A stretch of DNA of 64,000 nucleotides, taken from assembly GCA_021325635.1 (NCBI GenBank), contig JAJPGV010000056.1, positions 67,037 through 131,036 of the forward strand. Direction: 5' to 3'. Positions 1-10,057 of this stretch are shown in pieces (position 1 is the stretch's first letter; every line of letters begins with the position of its first letter). Under the pieces are notes generated by a model, which saw only the letters and a list, made by a program, of their open reading frames with translations, was not told the DNA's origin and did no database searches. This DNA comes from Chloroflexota bacterium. Its GTDB lineage: Bacteria; Chloroflexota; JAJPGV01. The position numbers were made by a program, and so were the translations under genes.

Positions 1-1512
1 GCCGGTCACGCCCTCGGCAGTGCCGGCGACCTTGAAATCCATGTCACCCAGCGCGTCCTCGACGCCCTGGATGTCGGTGAGGATGGCGTACTTGCCGCCT
101 TCGCCGGTGATCAGCCCCATGGCCACGCCGGCCACCGGGGCCTTGATTGGCACGCCGGCATCCATCAGGGCGAGTGTGCTGCCGCACACCGATCCCATGG
201 ACGTCGAGCCATTCGACGACAACACCTCGCTGACGATGCGAATGGTGTAAGGGAACTCCTCTTCCGCCGGGAGGATTGGCAGAACGGAGCGCTCCACCAG
301 CGCGCCGTGCCCGACTTCGCGCCGGCCGGGGGCGCCCAGGCGCCTGACCTCGCCGGTGCTGAAGGGCGGGAAGTTGTACTGGTGCATGAAGCGCTTGTAC
401 TCTTCCGGGCTGATGTCGTCGATCATCTGGCGGTCGCCGGGGGCGCCGAGCGTCAGCACGCTCAGCACCTGCGTCTGGCCGCGGGTGAAGAGTCCGGTAC
501 CGTGGGTGCGCGGCAGGACGCCGGCATCACAGGTGATGGGCCGGATCTCCGTCAGGTTGCGGCCGTCGACGCGCAGCTGGCGCTCGAGGATGGCGGTACG
601 CACGACGCTCTTCTCGGTCTCGCTGAGGACCGAGTCCAGCTCCTTGGGGGTGAGCTCGCCGGCCTCGATGCGCGGTGCAAACGTCTCCCGCAGCTGCTTG
701 CCGACTTCTGCCGTAGCGCCTTCGCGACTGGCCTTGTCGGCGTTGAACATGGCCTCCTCGAGCCGGGGCGCCAGCCAGCCGCGGATCTCCTGGCGCAGCG
801 CTTCGTTGACGGCAGGGGGAACGAATTCCTTCTTGGGCTTGCCGGCTACCCTGATCAGCTCTTGCTGTGCGTCGATCGACGCCCGCAGCGATTCATGGCC
901 GAACTGAACGGCCCGCAGCATGGTCTCTTCCGGCAGCTCGTGGGCATCGGCCTCGACCATCATGACGGCATCGGTGGTGCCGGCAATAGCCAGGTCGAGC
1001 TTGCTCTCCTTGAGCTGCTCGAAGGTGGGGTTGACGACGAACTCGCCGTTGATGTAGCCCACGCGAACAGCGCCGATGGGGCCCAGGAAGGGGATATCGG
1101 ATAGCCCAAGCGCGGCCGAGGCGCCGTTGATGGCCAGGATGTCGGGATCGTTCTCCTGGTCCGCGGACAGAACGGTGACGATGATTTGGACCTCGTTCTT
1201 GTAGCCCTTGGGGAACAGCGGCCGGATCGGCCGGTCCGTGAGCCGGCAGGTGAGGATGGCCGCCTGGGAGGCGCGGCCTTCTCGCTTGATAAAACCGCCG
1301 GGGATCTTCCCGGCGGCGTACATCCGTTCCTCGTAATCGACGGTGAGAGGGAAGAAATCGATGCCCTCTCGAGGGTTACTGCCGACGGCGGTGGCTAGCA
1401 CCATGGTGTCGCCGTAGCGTACGGTCACCGCTCCGTGGGCAAGTCCGGCCACGCGGCCGGTTTCGAATTCCATATCGTGAGCGCCAAGCCTGGCGGCGAC
1501 GCGATGAATCAT
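1..1512 (-). CDS. pnp: Polyribonucleotide nucleotidyltransferase (PNPase), 3' end runs off the window
   Basis: Not in the ORF track because it is truncated. My translation from ATG at 1512 reads [43 protein letters not shown]... with later [22 protein letters not shown] and REVGHGAL motifs. AAGGAG RBS upstream; canonical position after rpsO. Confidence 0.97.
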   Translation of the reverse strand, partial: MIHRVAARLGAHDMEFETGRVAGLAHGAVTVRYGDTMVLATAVGSNPREGIDFFPLTVDYEERMYAAGKIPGGFIKREGRASQAAILTCRLTDRPIRPLFPKGYKNEVQIIVTVLSADQENDPDILAINGASAALGLSDIPFLGPIGAVRVGYINGEFVVNPTFEQLKESKLDLAIAGTTDAVMMVEADAHELPEETMLRAVQFGHESLRASIDAQQELIRVAGKPKKEFVPPAVNEALRQEIRGWLAPRLEEAMFNADKASREGATAEVGKQLRETFAPRIEAGELTPKELDSVLSETEKSVVRTAILERQLRVDGRNLTEIRPITCDAGVLPRTHGTGLFTRGQTQVLSVLTLGAPGDRQMIDDISPEEYKRFMHQYNFPPFSTGEVRRLGAPGRREVGHGALVERSVLPILPAEEEFPYTIRIVSEVLSSNGSTSMGSVCGSTLALMDAGVPIKAPVAGVAMGLITGEGGKYAILTDIQGVEDALGDMDFKVAGTAEGVTG

Positions 1513-1663
1513 GTTCTCTTGTTCTCCTTGCAGTCGAGCAGCCGATCAGGAGCCGTCAACTGCCGATCGCACGGCAGGGAACAGCTCGCGGCTGGACGCG
1601 AAACCTGTGGTTGGATTGACAATGTATGAGGGATGGGCGAACGACGCGTTTAGCGTCCGGCAG

Positions 1664-1927
1664 CTACTTCCGCAGTCCCAGACTCGCTATCAGCTGCTGA
1701 TAGCGCCCGACATCCTTCCGGCTGAGATAGGCGAGCAAGCGCCGCCTGCGGCCGACCATCTTCAGCAGTCCACGGCGCGAGTGGTGGTCGTGGATATTGG
1801 TCTTCAGATGCTCGTTGAGGTGATTGATGCGCGCCGTGAGGACCGCAACCTGAACTTCCGAGGAGCCGGTATCCCGTTCGTGAGTGCGGTATTTCTGCAC
1901 AATCTCCGGCTTAGCTACTGCGGGCAA
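1664..1927 (-). CDS. rpsO: 30S ribosomal protein S15
   Basis: [24 protein letters not shown]...[22 protein letters not shown] signature; TTG start with AAGGAG RBS. Confidence 0.98.
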   Translation of the reverse strand: MPAVAKPEIVQKYRTHERDTGSSEVQVAVLTARINHLNEHLKTNIHDHHSRRGLLKMVGRRRRLLAYLSRKDVGRYQQLIASLGLRK

Positions 1928-1976
1928 ATCCTCTCCTTACTTCTTCTCTCTGCACACGTTTCTTTTACAACGGCGA

Positions 1977-1985
1977 ACTATAACA
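1977..1985 (-). promoter_or_regulatory. Extended -10 promoter element for rpsO-pnp
   Basis: TGTTATAGT (TGn-TATAGT) on the minus strand about 50 nt upstream of rpsO. Confidence 0.5.
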
Positions 1986-2035
1986 AAGGCGGAAGTCCAG
2001 CAAGGAGGCGAAGCAATCGAGTGGCGCCCGGCTGC

Positions 2036-2950
2036 TCAGGCGACGAAATGGGTTCCGACGGGCTGGGCGAAAAGCAGCGAGTAGTCATCCGCCGCAATGG
2101 CTCGATCTCGCAACCCTTCGAAAAGATCGGTCTCGCGGCCGGAGGTGGAGACCAGGCTGCGGGCCAGGACGAAGCACTCCTCGCTGTAGGCGGCCATGAT
2201 GTCGTCGGGCATCGTCTCCCAGCGGCTGCCCGTCAGCTGGCTGCGGTGCGACAGCAGCGCCTTGCGCTTGATGGCCAGGTAAGGCGCAACGTCGATGCGC
2301 GTGGTGATCTCGCTGTCGGGCACCCCGAAGGTCTTGGGATCGCGGTTGCCGAAGGGCGGCTCGAGACCCGCCGCCAAGGACATGTCGTGGACGCGGAGGT
2401 GCGTTTCGCGAGAGTGGGCGGTGTGGTACAGCTTGCTGGGCTGCCAGGGCTCCTCGCCGTCGTCCCAGGCAAACTCGGGATCGGCCGCCAGCTCGAAGGC
2501 CGCGTGGGTGATGCGGTGGCACATGATGTGGTCGGGGTGGCCGTAGCCGCCGTTCTCGTTGTACGTGACCAGCACCTGCGGCTTGAGCTTGCGGATGTTC
2601 AACACCAATCGCCGGCAGGCTTCCTCGGGATCGGCGTTGCAGAAGGCCTGGGTATGGGCGTTGGCGCCGGTACCCGCCATGCCGGAATCGCGATAGCCGA
2701 GGAAGTTGACGAAATTCACCTTGAGCACGGTGGTTGCCAGCTTGAGCTCGCGCTGGCGGACGGTGGCCAGGGTCTCCCACGGCTGGATGACGAGGCGCGG
2801 ATCGCGGATCTCGCCCTCCTCGCCCTTGGTTGCGCAGATGACCGAAGTGAGCGCACCTTCACTAGCGTATTTGGCCAGTGTGCCGCCGGTGCTGCTCGAC
2901 TCGTCGTCGGGATGGGCGTGCACGCACATGAGCGAGAGGATTTCCGGCAA
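2036..2950 (-). CDS. PIG-L family deacetylase (MshB/Mca-like)
   Basis: VHAHPDDE and GGYGHPDH metal-binding motifs, RQREL, HRSQ. TATAAT at 3007-3012 (minus strand) upstream. Confidence 0.92.
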   Translation of the reverse strand: MPEILSLMCVHAHPDDESSSTGGTLAKYASEGALTSVICATKGEEGEIRDPRLVIQPWETLATVRQRELKLATTVLKVNFVNFLGYRDSGMAGTGANAHTQAFCNADPEEACRRLVLNIRKLKPQVLVTYNENGGYGHPDHIMCHRITHAAFELAADPEFAWDDGEEPWQPSKLYHTAHSRETHLRVHDMSLAAGLEPPFGNRDPKTFGVPDSEITTRIDVAPYLAIKRKALLSHRSQLTGSRWETMPDDIMAAYSEECFVLARSLVSTSGRETDLFEGLRDRAIAADDYSLLFAQPVGTHFVA

Positions 2951-3051
2951 CGGGCAATTCCCCCGAAACAGAGCTGGGATCGGCGAACAGGCCGCCCGCC
3001 GACGGAATTATAGAGAGGAGATCTGTGCTTTCCGCCTGCTGGGCCGGACGC

Positions 3052-3228
3052 TCAATCGAGGATGATGCCCAGCCGTTCCCGCAGCAGCGCGGGGGTCAGA
3101 ATCGAATCGGTGATCGAGTTGGCCAGCTCCAGGAGCGGGAAGCTCTCGGCTTCGGGATCGGGCGCGGCTTGCACCAGGTCACGCAGGAAGCTGAGCTTGA
3201 GCATCTGCACGTCGAGGCTCTGTGCCAT
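3052..3228 (-). CDS. Small hypothetical protein (58 aa)
   Basis: Own translation: MAQSLDVQMLKLSFLRDLVQAAPDPEAESFPLLELANSITDSILTPALLRERLGIILD. GC-rich third positions; fills the gap between thiE and the deacetylase on the same strand. Confidence 0.55.
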   Translation of the reverse strand: MAQSLDVQMLKLSFLRDLVQAAPDPEAESFPLLELANSITDSILTPALLRERLGIILD

Positions 3229-3299
3229 CCAATCCAGCGTAGGCCCGTTCTGCTTCGGCCCGTATCCGGGCTATTCCCGATATCCCTCCGGAAATGCCC

Positions 3300-3935
3300 C
3301 TAATGGACGGTTTGCGCGGCGGCGATGGCCTGGCTCAGCTCGCGGCAGGCGGCTTCCACGTCCGGTGCGCCGACGGCGGCGCTGATGACGCAGGCGCTGA
3401 CCGCTCCGGCCTGGATGACTGAAACAACGCTATCGAGGTCGATGCCGCCAATAGCCGCGATCGGCAGCTCGACGGCTGCACGGATGTTCCGGATAGCCTC
3501 CACGCCGACGACCACGGCGCCTTCCTTGGTGGTCGTGGGGAAGATGCTGCCGACCGCCAGGTAGTCCACGCCCATGCGGCTCGCCTGCCGGGCCAGCTCG
3601 ATCGATCCTTTGACCGACCAGCCAATCACCGCCTGTTCGCCCAGCAGTCCCCGGGCTTCGAACGGCGGCATGTCGGATGGCCCCAGATGCACGCCATCGG
3701 CGCCCGCCTCGGCGGCCAGGTACGGATCGTCATTGACGATGAACAGGGCGCCGGCTTCGCGGCACAGGGCCGAGAGCCGCCGGGCTGCCGCCAGCAGGTC
3801 GGCTCGTGGGCAGCGTTTGTCCCTCAGCTGGATCGTCGTCGCCCCGCCGCGCAACGCAGCCTCCACGACCTGGTCGTGGCTTCGGCCTTGCGAGAGCGCG
3901 CTGTCGGTGATGACGTAGAGGCCGCGGGGCAGCAC
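3300..3935 (-). CDS. thiE: Thiamine-phosphate synthase
   Basis: LYVITD, IQLRDK, FIVNDD, DGVHLG, FPTTTK, AIGGI motifs. Start trimmed to GTG at 3935 because the ORF-track extension overlaps coxB. Confidence 0.95.
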   Translation of the reverse strand: MLPRGLYVITDSALSQGRSHDQVVEAALRGGATTIQLRDKRCPRADLLAAARRLSALCREAGALFIVNDDPYLAAEAGADGVHLGPSDMPPFEARGLLGEQAVIGWSVKGSIELARQASRMGVDYLAVGSIFPTTTKEGAVVVGVEAIRNIRAAVELPIAAIGGIDLDSVVSVIQAGAVSACVISAAVGAPDVEAACRELSQAIAAAQTVH

Positions 3936-4068
3936 CCGGCGAGAATAGCAGCCTGTCCCAGGCCTCCCGTTTACGGAGTCGTGGTAGATTGGGCCCAGCA
4001 ACCGGTCGCAGATACGGTTTGCGGCCGGCGCGCACGGTGCCCGAACAACAGCTCGGGAAAGAGGGTCG

Positions 4069-5061
4069 ATGCGGCGCAGACGTCTGGCGGGTTTCGCGGC
4101 GGCTCTGGTAGTTCTTGCCTGCTGGCCGGCAGCAGCGCTGGCCGCCCCCTTCTGGCCGGTGAGCGGACAAACGCTGCAAGCGCGCTCGATCAGCTGGCTG
4201 TTCTGGTTGGTCATGGCTATCGCCGGGCTGTTCCTACTGGTGGTGCTGGGCACGCTTCTGTATGTCATCGTGGCTTTCCGCGGCCGCGAAGGGCAGCCCG
4301 ATCCGCGGCCGGTCTATGGCCATCTGCGGCTGGAAATGTGGTGGGCCGGCATCCCGTTTGCCATCCTGGTGGCAGTTTTCATCTTCACCGTCCGTGAGGT
4401 CGGCGTCGAAACGGCTATTGCCCCCGACGCGCTGCCCATCACCTTGATCGGGCATCAGTGGTGGTGGGAATTCCAGTACCCCGGCGCGGTCAGCGCCAAC
4501 GAGCTGCACGTCCCGGTTGGCCGGCAGGTGAGGCTGCAGCTTCTGTCGGCCGACGTGGTCCACAACTTCTGGGTGCCCGAGCTGGCGGGCAAGGAGCAGA
4601 TGGTCCCGGGCCAGACCAACCTGTGGACGTTCACGCCCGAGCAGCCCGGCCGCTACGACGGCGCCTGTGCCGAGTACTGCGGCACTCAGCACGGCTGGAT
4701 GCGGCTGACCGTGTTCGCCGATGCGCCTGCCGATTTCGATCGCTGGCTGGCCGGCCAGGGACAGCCTGTGTCCCAACAGGTCCTGAGCCAGCATCAGGAT
4801 GCGCTGCGGCTGTACACGGCCAACGCCTGCGGCGCCTGCCACGCCATTAGCGGTGTGTCAAACGGCAAGGCCGCGCCCGATCTCACGCACCTCGGCAGCC
4901 GCTCCACCATAGGAGCGGGTGTCCTGCAGAACACGCCCGACAACCTGGCCGCCTGGATTCAGGATGCCCAGCAGTTCAAGCCGGGAAGCTACATGCCCAA
5001 GTTCCGGCTGAGCGACGCCGACGCAAGGCAGCTCGCGGCCTTCCTGGAGGACTTGCGATGA
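4069..5061 (+). CDS. coxB: Cytochrome c oxidase subunit II with fused C-terminal cytochrome c (caa3-type)
   Basis: GHQWWW, DVVHNF, CuA motif CAEYCGTQHGWM, then CGACH heme c motif and distal MP. Confidence 0.95.
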   Translation: MRRRRLAGFAAALVVLACWPAAALAAPFWPVSGQTLQARSISWLFWLVMAIAGLFLLVVLGTLLYVIVAFRGREGQPDPRPVYGHLRLEMWWAGIPFAILVAVFIFTVREVGVETAIAPDALPITLIGHQWWWEFQYPGAVSANELHVPVGRQVRLQLLSADVVHNFWVPELAGKEQMVPGQTNLWTFTPEQPGRYDGACAEYCGTQHGWMRLTVFADAPADFDRWLAGQGQPVSQQVLSQHQDALRLYTANACGACHAISGVSNGKAAPDLTHLGSRSTIGAGVLQNTPDNLAAWIQDAQQFKPGSYMPKFRLSDADARQLAAFLEDLR

Positions 5062-5149
5062 GGGGTGAGAGGACAGGGGATAGGGGGCAGGAGAGGCGGG
5101 CTGCCGTCGATCGCTTGGCGTTCGGAGGCTCGTACGGGCAGGGTCAGGC

Positions 5150-6814
5150 ATGGCCTCGGTAGCGCGGCCACTGCCGGGCTACGCCGGCGTGGGCGTGGGA
5201 CCGCCGGGCGCCGGGCTGCTCACGTGGGTGAGCACGGTCGATCACAAGCGCATCGGGATCATGTACGTCGCCACGGGCCTGGTGTTCTTTGCCGTGGGGG
5301 GCATTGAATCGCTGCTGATGCGATCCCAGCTGGCCCAGCCGGACGCACAGGTGCTGAGCCCGCAGGTGTACAACCAGGTGTTCACCCTGCATGGGGTGAC
5401 GATGATCTTCTTCGCGGTCATGCCCCTGCTGTTCGGGCTGGCTAACTACCTGCTGCCGCTGATGATCGGGGCGCGGGACGTGGCCTTCCCGCGGCTCAAC
5501 GCCTTCAGCTACTGGATCCTGGCGGCCTCCGGCCTCTTCCTCTATTACAGCCTCCTGTCGGGGGGCGCGCCGGACGTCGGCTGGTATGCCTACGCGCCGC
5601 TGACCGAGCACCCCTTCTCCCCTACCAACGCGGTCGATTTCTATGCCCTGGCGCTGATCCTCAGCGGCGCGGGAACGGTCGCTACCTCGATCAACTTCGT
5701 CGTGACCGTGGTCCATCACCGCGCGCCCGGCATGAGCTACAACCGGCTGCCGGTGTTCGTGTGGATGATGCTGGTAACGTCGGCGCTGTCGCTGCTGGCT
5801 CTGCCCACGCTCACGGCCAGCCTGATCATGCTGCTGGTGGACCGGCTGCTGAGCGGCCACTTCTACGATCCGCTGGGCGGCGGCTTGCCGATTATGTGGC
5901 AGCATCTGTTCTGGATCTTTGGGCATCCCGAGGTCTACATCCTGGCGCTGCCGGCCTTCGGCTTCATCTCCGAGATCGTTCCGGTGTTCTCGCGCAAGCC
6001 GATCTTCGGCTACAGCTTCGTGGTCGCGTCCGGCATCGCCATAGGCTTCCTCAGCTTTGGCGTGTGGGCCCACCATATGTTTGCCTCGGGCATGCCCATC
6101 ATCGCCGATATGGCCTTCTCAGCCTCGACTATGGCCATCGCCATCCCAACGGGAGTCAAGATCTTCACCTGGCTGGCCACCGCCTATGGCGGCGCCATCC
6201 GCTTTCGGACGCCGATGCTGTTCGCCCTGGGCTTCATCGCCATGTTCTTGATCGGCGGCTTGAGTGGGGTGACGCTTGCCGTGGTGCCAATCGACTGGCA
6301 GGTGAACGGCAGCTACTACCTGGTGGCCCACCTGCATTACGTCGCCGTGGGCGGTGTGGCCTTTGCCATCTTCGCCGCCTGGTACTACTGGTTCCCCAAG
6401 ATGAGCGGCCGAATGATGTCGGAGCGGTGGGGCAAGGCACATTTCTGGCTGTTCCTGATTGGTTTCAACCTCACCTTCTTGCCTATGCACCTGCTGGGCA
6501 TCGAGGGCATGCCCCGCCGGGTGTATACCTACCCGGCGTTTGAGGGCTGGGGCGACCTGAACCTGCTGATCACGATTGGGGCGTTCATCATGGGCCTTGC
6601 CGTTGTCGTGTTCGTCGGCAACGTGCTGTGGTCGCTGCGCTTCGGCCGGCCAGCCGGTGACAACCCGTGGGAGGCCTGGACGCTGGAGTGGGCGACGTCA
6701 TCTCCTCCGCCGTCTTATAACTTCGCCTCTATCCCGACCGTGACCAGCCGGCGTCCCCTGTGGGACGTGGCCCATCCGGAAGCTCCCGACTGGGAGCATG
6801 AGCGGGAGCTGTGA
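5150..6814 (+). CDS. coxA: Heme-copper oxidase subunit I (A1 type)
   Basis: DHKRIG, WIFGHPEVY, WAHHM, PTGVKIF, VAHLHY, GMPRR. Confidence 0.97.
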   Translation: MASVARPLPGYAGVGVGPPGAGLLTWVSTVDHKRIGIMYVATGLVFFAVGGIESLLMRSQLAQPDAQVLSPQVYNQVFTLHGVTMIFFAVMPLLFGLANYLLPLMIGARDVAFPRLNAFSYWILAASGLFLYYSLLSGGAPDVGWYAYAPLTEHPFSPTNAVDFYALALILSGAGTVATSINFVVTVVHHRAPGMSYNRLPVFVWMMLVTSALSLLALPTLTASLIMLLVDRLLSGHFYDPLGGGLPIMWQHLFWIFGHPEVYILALPAFGFISEIVPVFSRKPIFGYSFVVASGIAIGFLSFGVWAHHMFASGMPIIADMAFSASTMAIAIPTGVKIFTWLATAYGGAIRFRTPMLFALGFIAMFLIGGLSGVTLAVVPIDWQVNGSYYLVAHLHYVAVGGVAFAIFAAWYYWFPKMSGRMMSERWGKAHFWLFLIGFNLTFLPMHLLGIEGMPRRVYTYPAFEGWGDLNLLITIGAFIMGLAVVVFVGNVLWSLRFGRPAGDNPWEAWTLEWATSSPPPSYNFASIPTVTSRRPLWDVAHPEAPDWEHEREL

Positions 6815-7419
6815 CGGTGGCATCGTACGCGGCCGCACCGAGCTCGGCCGGGACACACGCGATTGGCCCGCGCCGGCTGGGGGTGCTGCTGTTCGTGGCC
6901 TCGGAGTCGATGGTGTTCCTGTCGGTCATCAGCCTGTACTCGGTCGGGCAGGGCAGGGTCGACCATCCGAACCCGCAGGAGACGCTGAGCGCCGCGCGCA
7001 TGATCCCGTTTTCCGTTGCCCTGTGGCTCAGCAGCGGCACCATTGCCCTGTGCGCGCGACGGTTGGCGCGCGGCCGGTACGGCGGCATGCGGCTGTGGCT
7101 GCTGGCGACGGTGATCCTTGGCGCCGTGTTCCTGGGCGGCGAGCTGAGCGAGTGGCTGGAGCTGTTCGGCGAGCGGGTCACTGCCGCCAGCAACGTGTGG
7201 GCTACGACCTTCTTCACCCTCACCGGGATTCACGGCCTGCACGTCATCATCGGCCTGCTGATGATGCTGGCGCTGCTCGGCGTCTCCCTGCGCCGGCCGC
7301 TGGCTCACGGTGGCGAATCCGGCCTCGAGCTGATCAGCATCTACTGGCACTTCGTGGACGGCATGTGGGTGCTGATCTACGGCGTGGTCTATTTCTGGTC
7401 GGCGTTCATGGCTCGATGA
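6811..7419 (+). CDS. coxC: Cytochrome c oxidase subunit III (short form)
   Basis: FVASE, FFTLTGIHGLHV, YWHFVD motifs; overlaps the coxA stop. Confidence 0.93.
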   Translation: MTVASYAAAPSSAGTHAIGPRRLGVLLFVASESMVFLSVISLYSVGQGRVDHPNPQETLSAARMIPFSVALWLSSGTIALCARRLARGRYGGMRLWLLATVILGAVFLGGELSEWLELFGERVTAASNVWATTFFTLTGIHGLHVIIGLLMMLALLGVSLRRPLAHGGESGLELISIYWHFVDGMWVLIYGVVYFWSAFMAR

Positions 7420-7673
7420 GCCAGGCGCCCCAGTCCGCCGGAGCGGCGGTCGATTCCCGGCCCTCCCAGGAAGAGGAGATGCCCCAGCCGACGTACTGGC
7501 CGATGGTGCTGGCGCTCGGTCTGGCGGCCGTTTGCTTTGGCCTGATCACGGTCGGGATCTTCTTTTACGCCGGCTTGTTGACGGTCGTCATCGCGGTCGT
7601 AGGCTGGGTGCGTGAGCTCATGCGAGAGCCCGGGCCCCACGGGCCGGCCGCGGGCGAGCGGGAAGGGCGGTAG
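7416..7673 (+). CDS. Small two-TM oxidase accessory subunit (subunit IV/CtaF-like)
   Basis: ATGA overlap with coxC; MPQPTYWPMVLALG...GWVRE resembles the PSYWP...GW pattern of small oxidase subunits. Confidence 0.7.
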   Translation: MSQAPQSAGAAVDSRPSQEEEMPQPTYWPMVLALGLAAVCFGLITVGIFFYAGLLTVVIAVVGWVRELMREPGPHGPAAGEREGR

Positions 7674-7677
7674 CGGC

Positions 7678-8220
7678 ATGCCCAAGGATTTCTTCCGTTT
7701 GCATGGATTAGGCGAGCCGCGATCGCGGCGCCGCTTCCTGGCCCAGGTGTCGTTCGGCCTCGGCGGCGTGATGGGCCTGATGCTCGGCGTGCCGCTCATC
7801 GGCTACCTCTTTGGGCCGCTGATCAAGCGCTCTCCCCAGCAGTGGATAGATCTGGGGCCGGTGAGCGACTTCGCGCTCGGCCAGACCAAGCTGGTGAGCT
7901 TCACCGACCCCTCCAGCGTGCCATGGGCCGGGCAAACCTCCCAAACCTCCGTGTGGGTGCGGCAGACCGCGCCGAACGCGTTCGACGTGTTCGCTGTGAA
8001 CTGCACGCACCTGGGCTGTCCGGTGAACTGGCTCGATGGCGCGCGGCTGTTCGAATGTCCCTGCCACGGCGGCATCTACTACTCCGATGGCACGGTGGCC
8101 GCCGGGCCGCCTCCGCGCTCCCTGTTCAAGCACGAGACTCGTATCGTGGACGGCCGGCTGCAGGCCTTCACCATTCCACTGCCCACCTCTCAGCTGAGCG
8201 AATATGTCGGCAACGCCTGA
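7678..8220 (+). CDS. Rieske iron-sulfur subunit of a quinol:cytochrome c reductase
   Basis: Tat-like SRRRFL plus TM helix; CTHLGC and CPCHG boxes; GPPPRSL. Start trimmed to ATG at 7678. Confidence 0.95.
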   Translation: MPKDFFRLHGLGEPRSRRRFLAQVSFGLGGVMGLMLGVPLIGYLFGPLIKRSPQQWIDLGPVSDFALGQTKLVSFTDPSSVPWAGQTSQTSVWVRQTAPNAFDVFAVNCTHLGCPVNWLDGARLFECPCHGGIYYSDGTVAAGPPPRSLFKHETRIVDGRLQAFTIPLPTSQLSEYVGNA

Positions 8221-9631
8221 GGCGCGCCCCAAGACGCTGTGGCGCCGGCTGGGCGGCTGGTTCGAAGATCGCAGCCACATCTACGAAGGGCTGCTGCCGA
8301 TCGTCCAGCATCCGGTGCCCAAGGGCGTGAACTGGTGGTACGTGTTCGGCAGCGCCACGCTGGCCGCGTTCATCCTGCAGGTGATCACCGGCGTGGCGCT
8401 GGCCATGATCTACGTGCCTGCGCCCTCGGGCGCGTACCAGTCGCTGCAGTTCATCACCAGCTCCGCGCCGCTGGGATCGCTGCTGCGCGGCATGCACTTC
8501 TTCGGCGCCAGCGCCATGGTGATCATGATCACCGCCCACGTGCTGCGCGTCTTCCTGATGGGCTCGTACAAGTTCCCGCGCGAGTTCAACTGGCTCACAG
8601 GGGCCTTCCTGCTGGTGCTCACCGCGGCCATGGCGTTCACTGGCCAGCTGCTGCGCTGGGACCAGGACGCCTATTGGGGCGTGGTGGTGATGGCCGAGCA
8701 GGCCGGCAAGACGCCGGTCATCGGCCAGCTGGTGGCACAGCTGGTCGTGGCCGGCTCCACCGTTGGCGGCGCCACGCTGACGCGCTTCTTTGCCACGCAC
8801 GTGTTCCTGCTGCCGGCGCTCATCTTCGGCTTCGTGCTGGTGCACCTGTGGCTGGTAGTGTTCGACGGCATCTCCGAGCCGCCTAGGCCCGGCGTGCCGG
8901 TCGATCCGGCCACGTACAAGCAGCGCTATCACGAGATCCTGGAGAAGGACGGCGAGCCGTTCTTCCCGGACGCCGCCTGGCGCGATGCCGTGTTCGCGGT
9001 GCTGATGTTCGCGGTGATCATGGTGCTGGCGGCCATCGTCGGCGCGCCTCAGCTGGGCAAGCCGGCCGATCCCACCATCGTCAACGCCGACCCACGGCCG
9101 GATTGGTACTTCCTGTGGTACTTCGCCGTGCTGTCGCTCATCCCGCCGGTGCTGGAGAACTTCGTGATCCTGAGCGTGCCGGTGCTGCTGGGCGTGCTGG
9201 TGATCATGGTGCCGTTCGTATCGAACCGCGGCGAGCGCCATCCCAGCCGGCGGCCGGTGGCCGTGGTCCTGGTAGTCGGAATGCTGCTCGGCCTGACCGT
9301 GCTGACCATCGAAGGCTACCAGGCGCCGTGGTCGCCGGAGATCCAGGCCGTGCAGGATGTGGCTATTCCTCCGCAGATCGAGCAGCGCGCGACCGGCGAC
9401 GCGGCGCAGGGCCTGCAGCTGTTTCGGATCCGAGGCTGCATCACCTGCCACGCCCTGGGCGGTGCCGGCGGCCGCAAGGGGCCTGACCTCACCACCGTTG
9501 GCAGCCGGCTCACCCGCGATCAGATCATCGTGCGCATCTTGAACGGAGGGCCGAACATGCCTGCCTTTGGCGGCAACATCAGCGATCAGGAGCTGCAGCA
9601 GCTCGTGGCCTTCATGGAGACGCTGCGCTAG
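8204..9631 (+). CDS. Cytochrome b (b6-like) fused to subunit IV and a C-terminal cytochrome c
   Basis: Four heme-b histidines (GMH...AH; TH...VH), PDWY Qo motif, C-terminal CITCH and MPAF. Confidence 0.93.
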   Translation: MSATPEARPKTLWRRLGGWFEDRSHIYEGLLPIVQHPVPKGVNWWYVFGSATLAAFILQVITGVALAMIYVPAPSGAYQSLQFITSSAPLGSLLRGMHFFGASAMVIMITAHVLRVFLMGSYKFPREFNWLTGAFLLVLTAAMAFTGQLLRWDQDAYWGVVVMAEQAGKTPVIGQLVAQLVVAGSTVGGATLTRFFATHVFLLPALIFGFVLVHLWLVVFDGISEPPRPGVPVDPATYKQRYHEILEKDGEPFFPDAAWRDAVFAVLMFAVIMVLAAIVGAPQLGKPADPTIVNADPRPDWYFLWYFAVLSLIPPVLENFVILSVPVLLGVLVIMVPFVSNRGERHPSRRPVAVVLVVGMLLGLTVLTIEGYQAPWSPEIQAVQDVAIPPQIEQRATGDAAQGLQLFRIRGCITCHALGGAGGRKGPDLTTVGSRLTRDQIIVRILNGGPNMPAFGGNISDQELQQLVAFMETLR

Positions 9632-9651
9632 GCAGCGCAAGCCCGGGCAGG

Positions 9652-9936
9652 CTAGGCCAGCAGGTCGACGATGCGGCCGAGCTTGGGCCGCAGCACGGAA
9701 TGGTAGGTCTGGAAGACCAGCCGGGCAATCCAGCTGATCGGTCCCGAGCCCGGGGGGAACCGGGCCAGGATGGCTGCGTCGACGTCCTCTTCGGCCGCGG
9801 AAGAGCTGTCGAGGACTTCGGCTTCGGCAGCTTCGGCCGTCCGCTCGTAGGAGCTCTTGCGACGTTTGAGCTTCTTGTCGTCCGGTGGTGGGAGGAGATA
9901 GGGACTCCCAGGTTGGACCGGGCCAATCATTGCCAT
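9652..9936 (-). CDS. Hypothetical protein
   Basis: 94-aa ORF with coding-like codon use, convergent with the cytochrome b gene; no motif recognised. Confidence 0.5.
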   Translation of the reverse strand: MAMIGPVQPGSPYLLPPPDDKKLKRRKSSYERTAEAAEAEVLDSSSAAEEDVDAAILARFPPGSGPISWIARLVFQTYHSVLRPKLGRIVDLLA

Positions 9937-10057
9937 GCTGACGGCGTACCTGGGCGGCAGTATAGCAGTGCGCTAGGGAGCCGGCGTCGAGGGTCCTGGC
10001 CTGGAGGCGTACATTACCGTAACTTCCGGTCGCGCAGGCACGTTACCAATGCAGACA

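Noticed and set aside
20-3013. Long plus-strand ORFs (265, 183 and 500 aa)
   Set aside because: Antisense shadows of pnp, rpsO and the deacetylase; expected in GC-rich DNA.
3936-4068. TPP riboswitch upstream of thiE
   Set aside because: Short divergent intergenic region with no CTGAGA core recognisable on the thiE strand.
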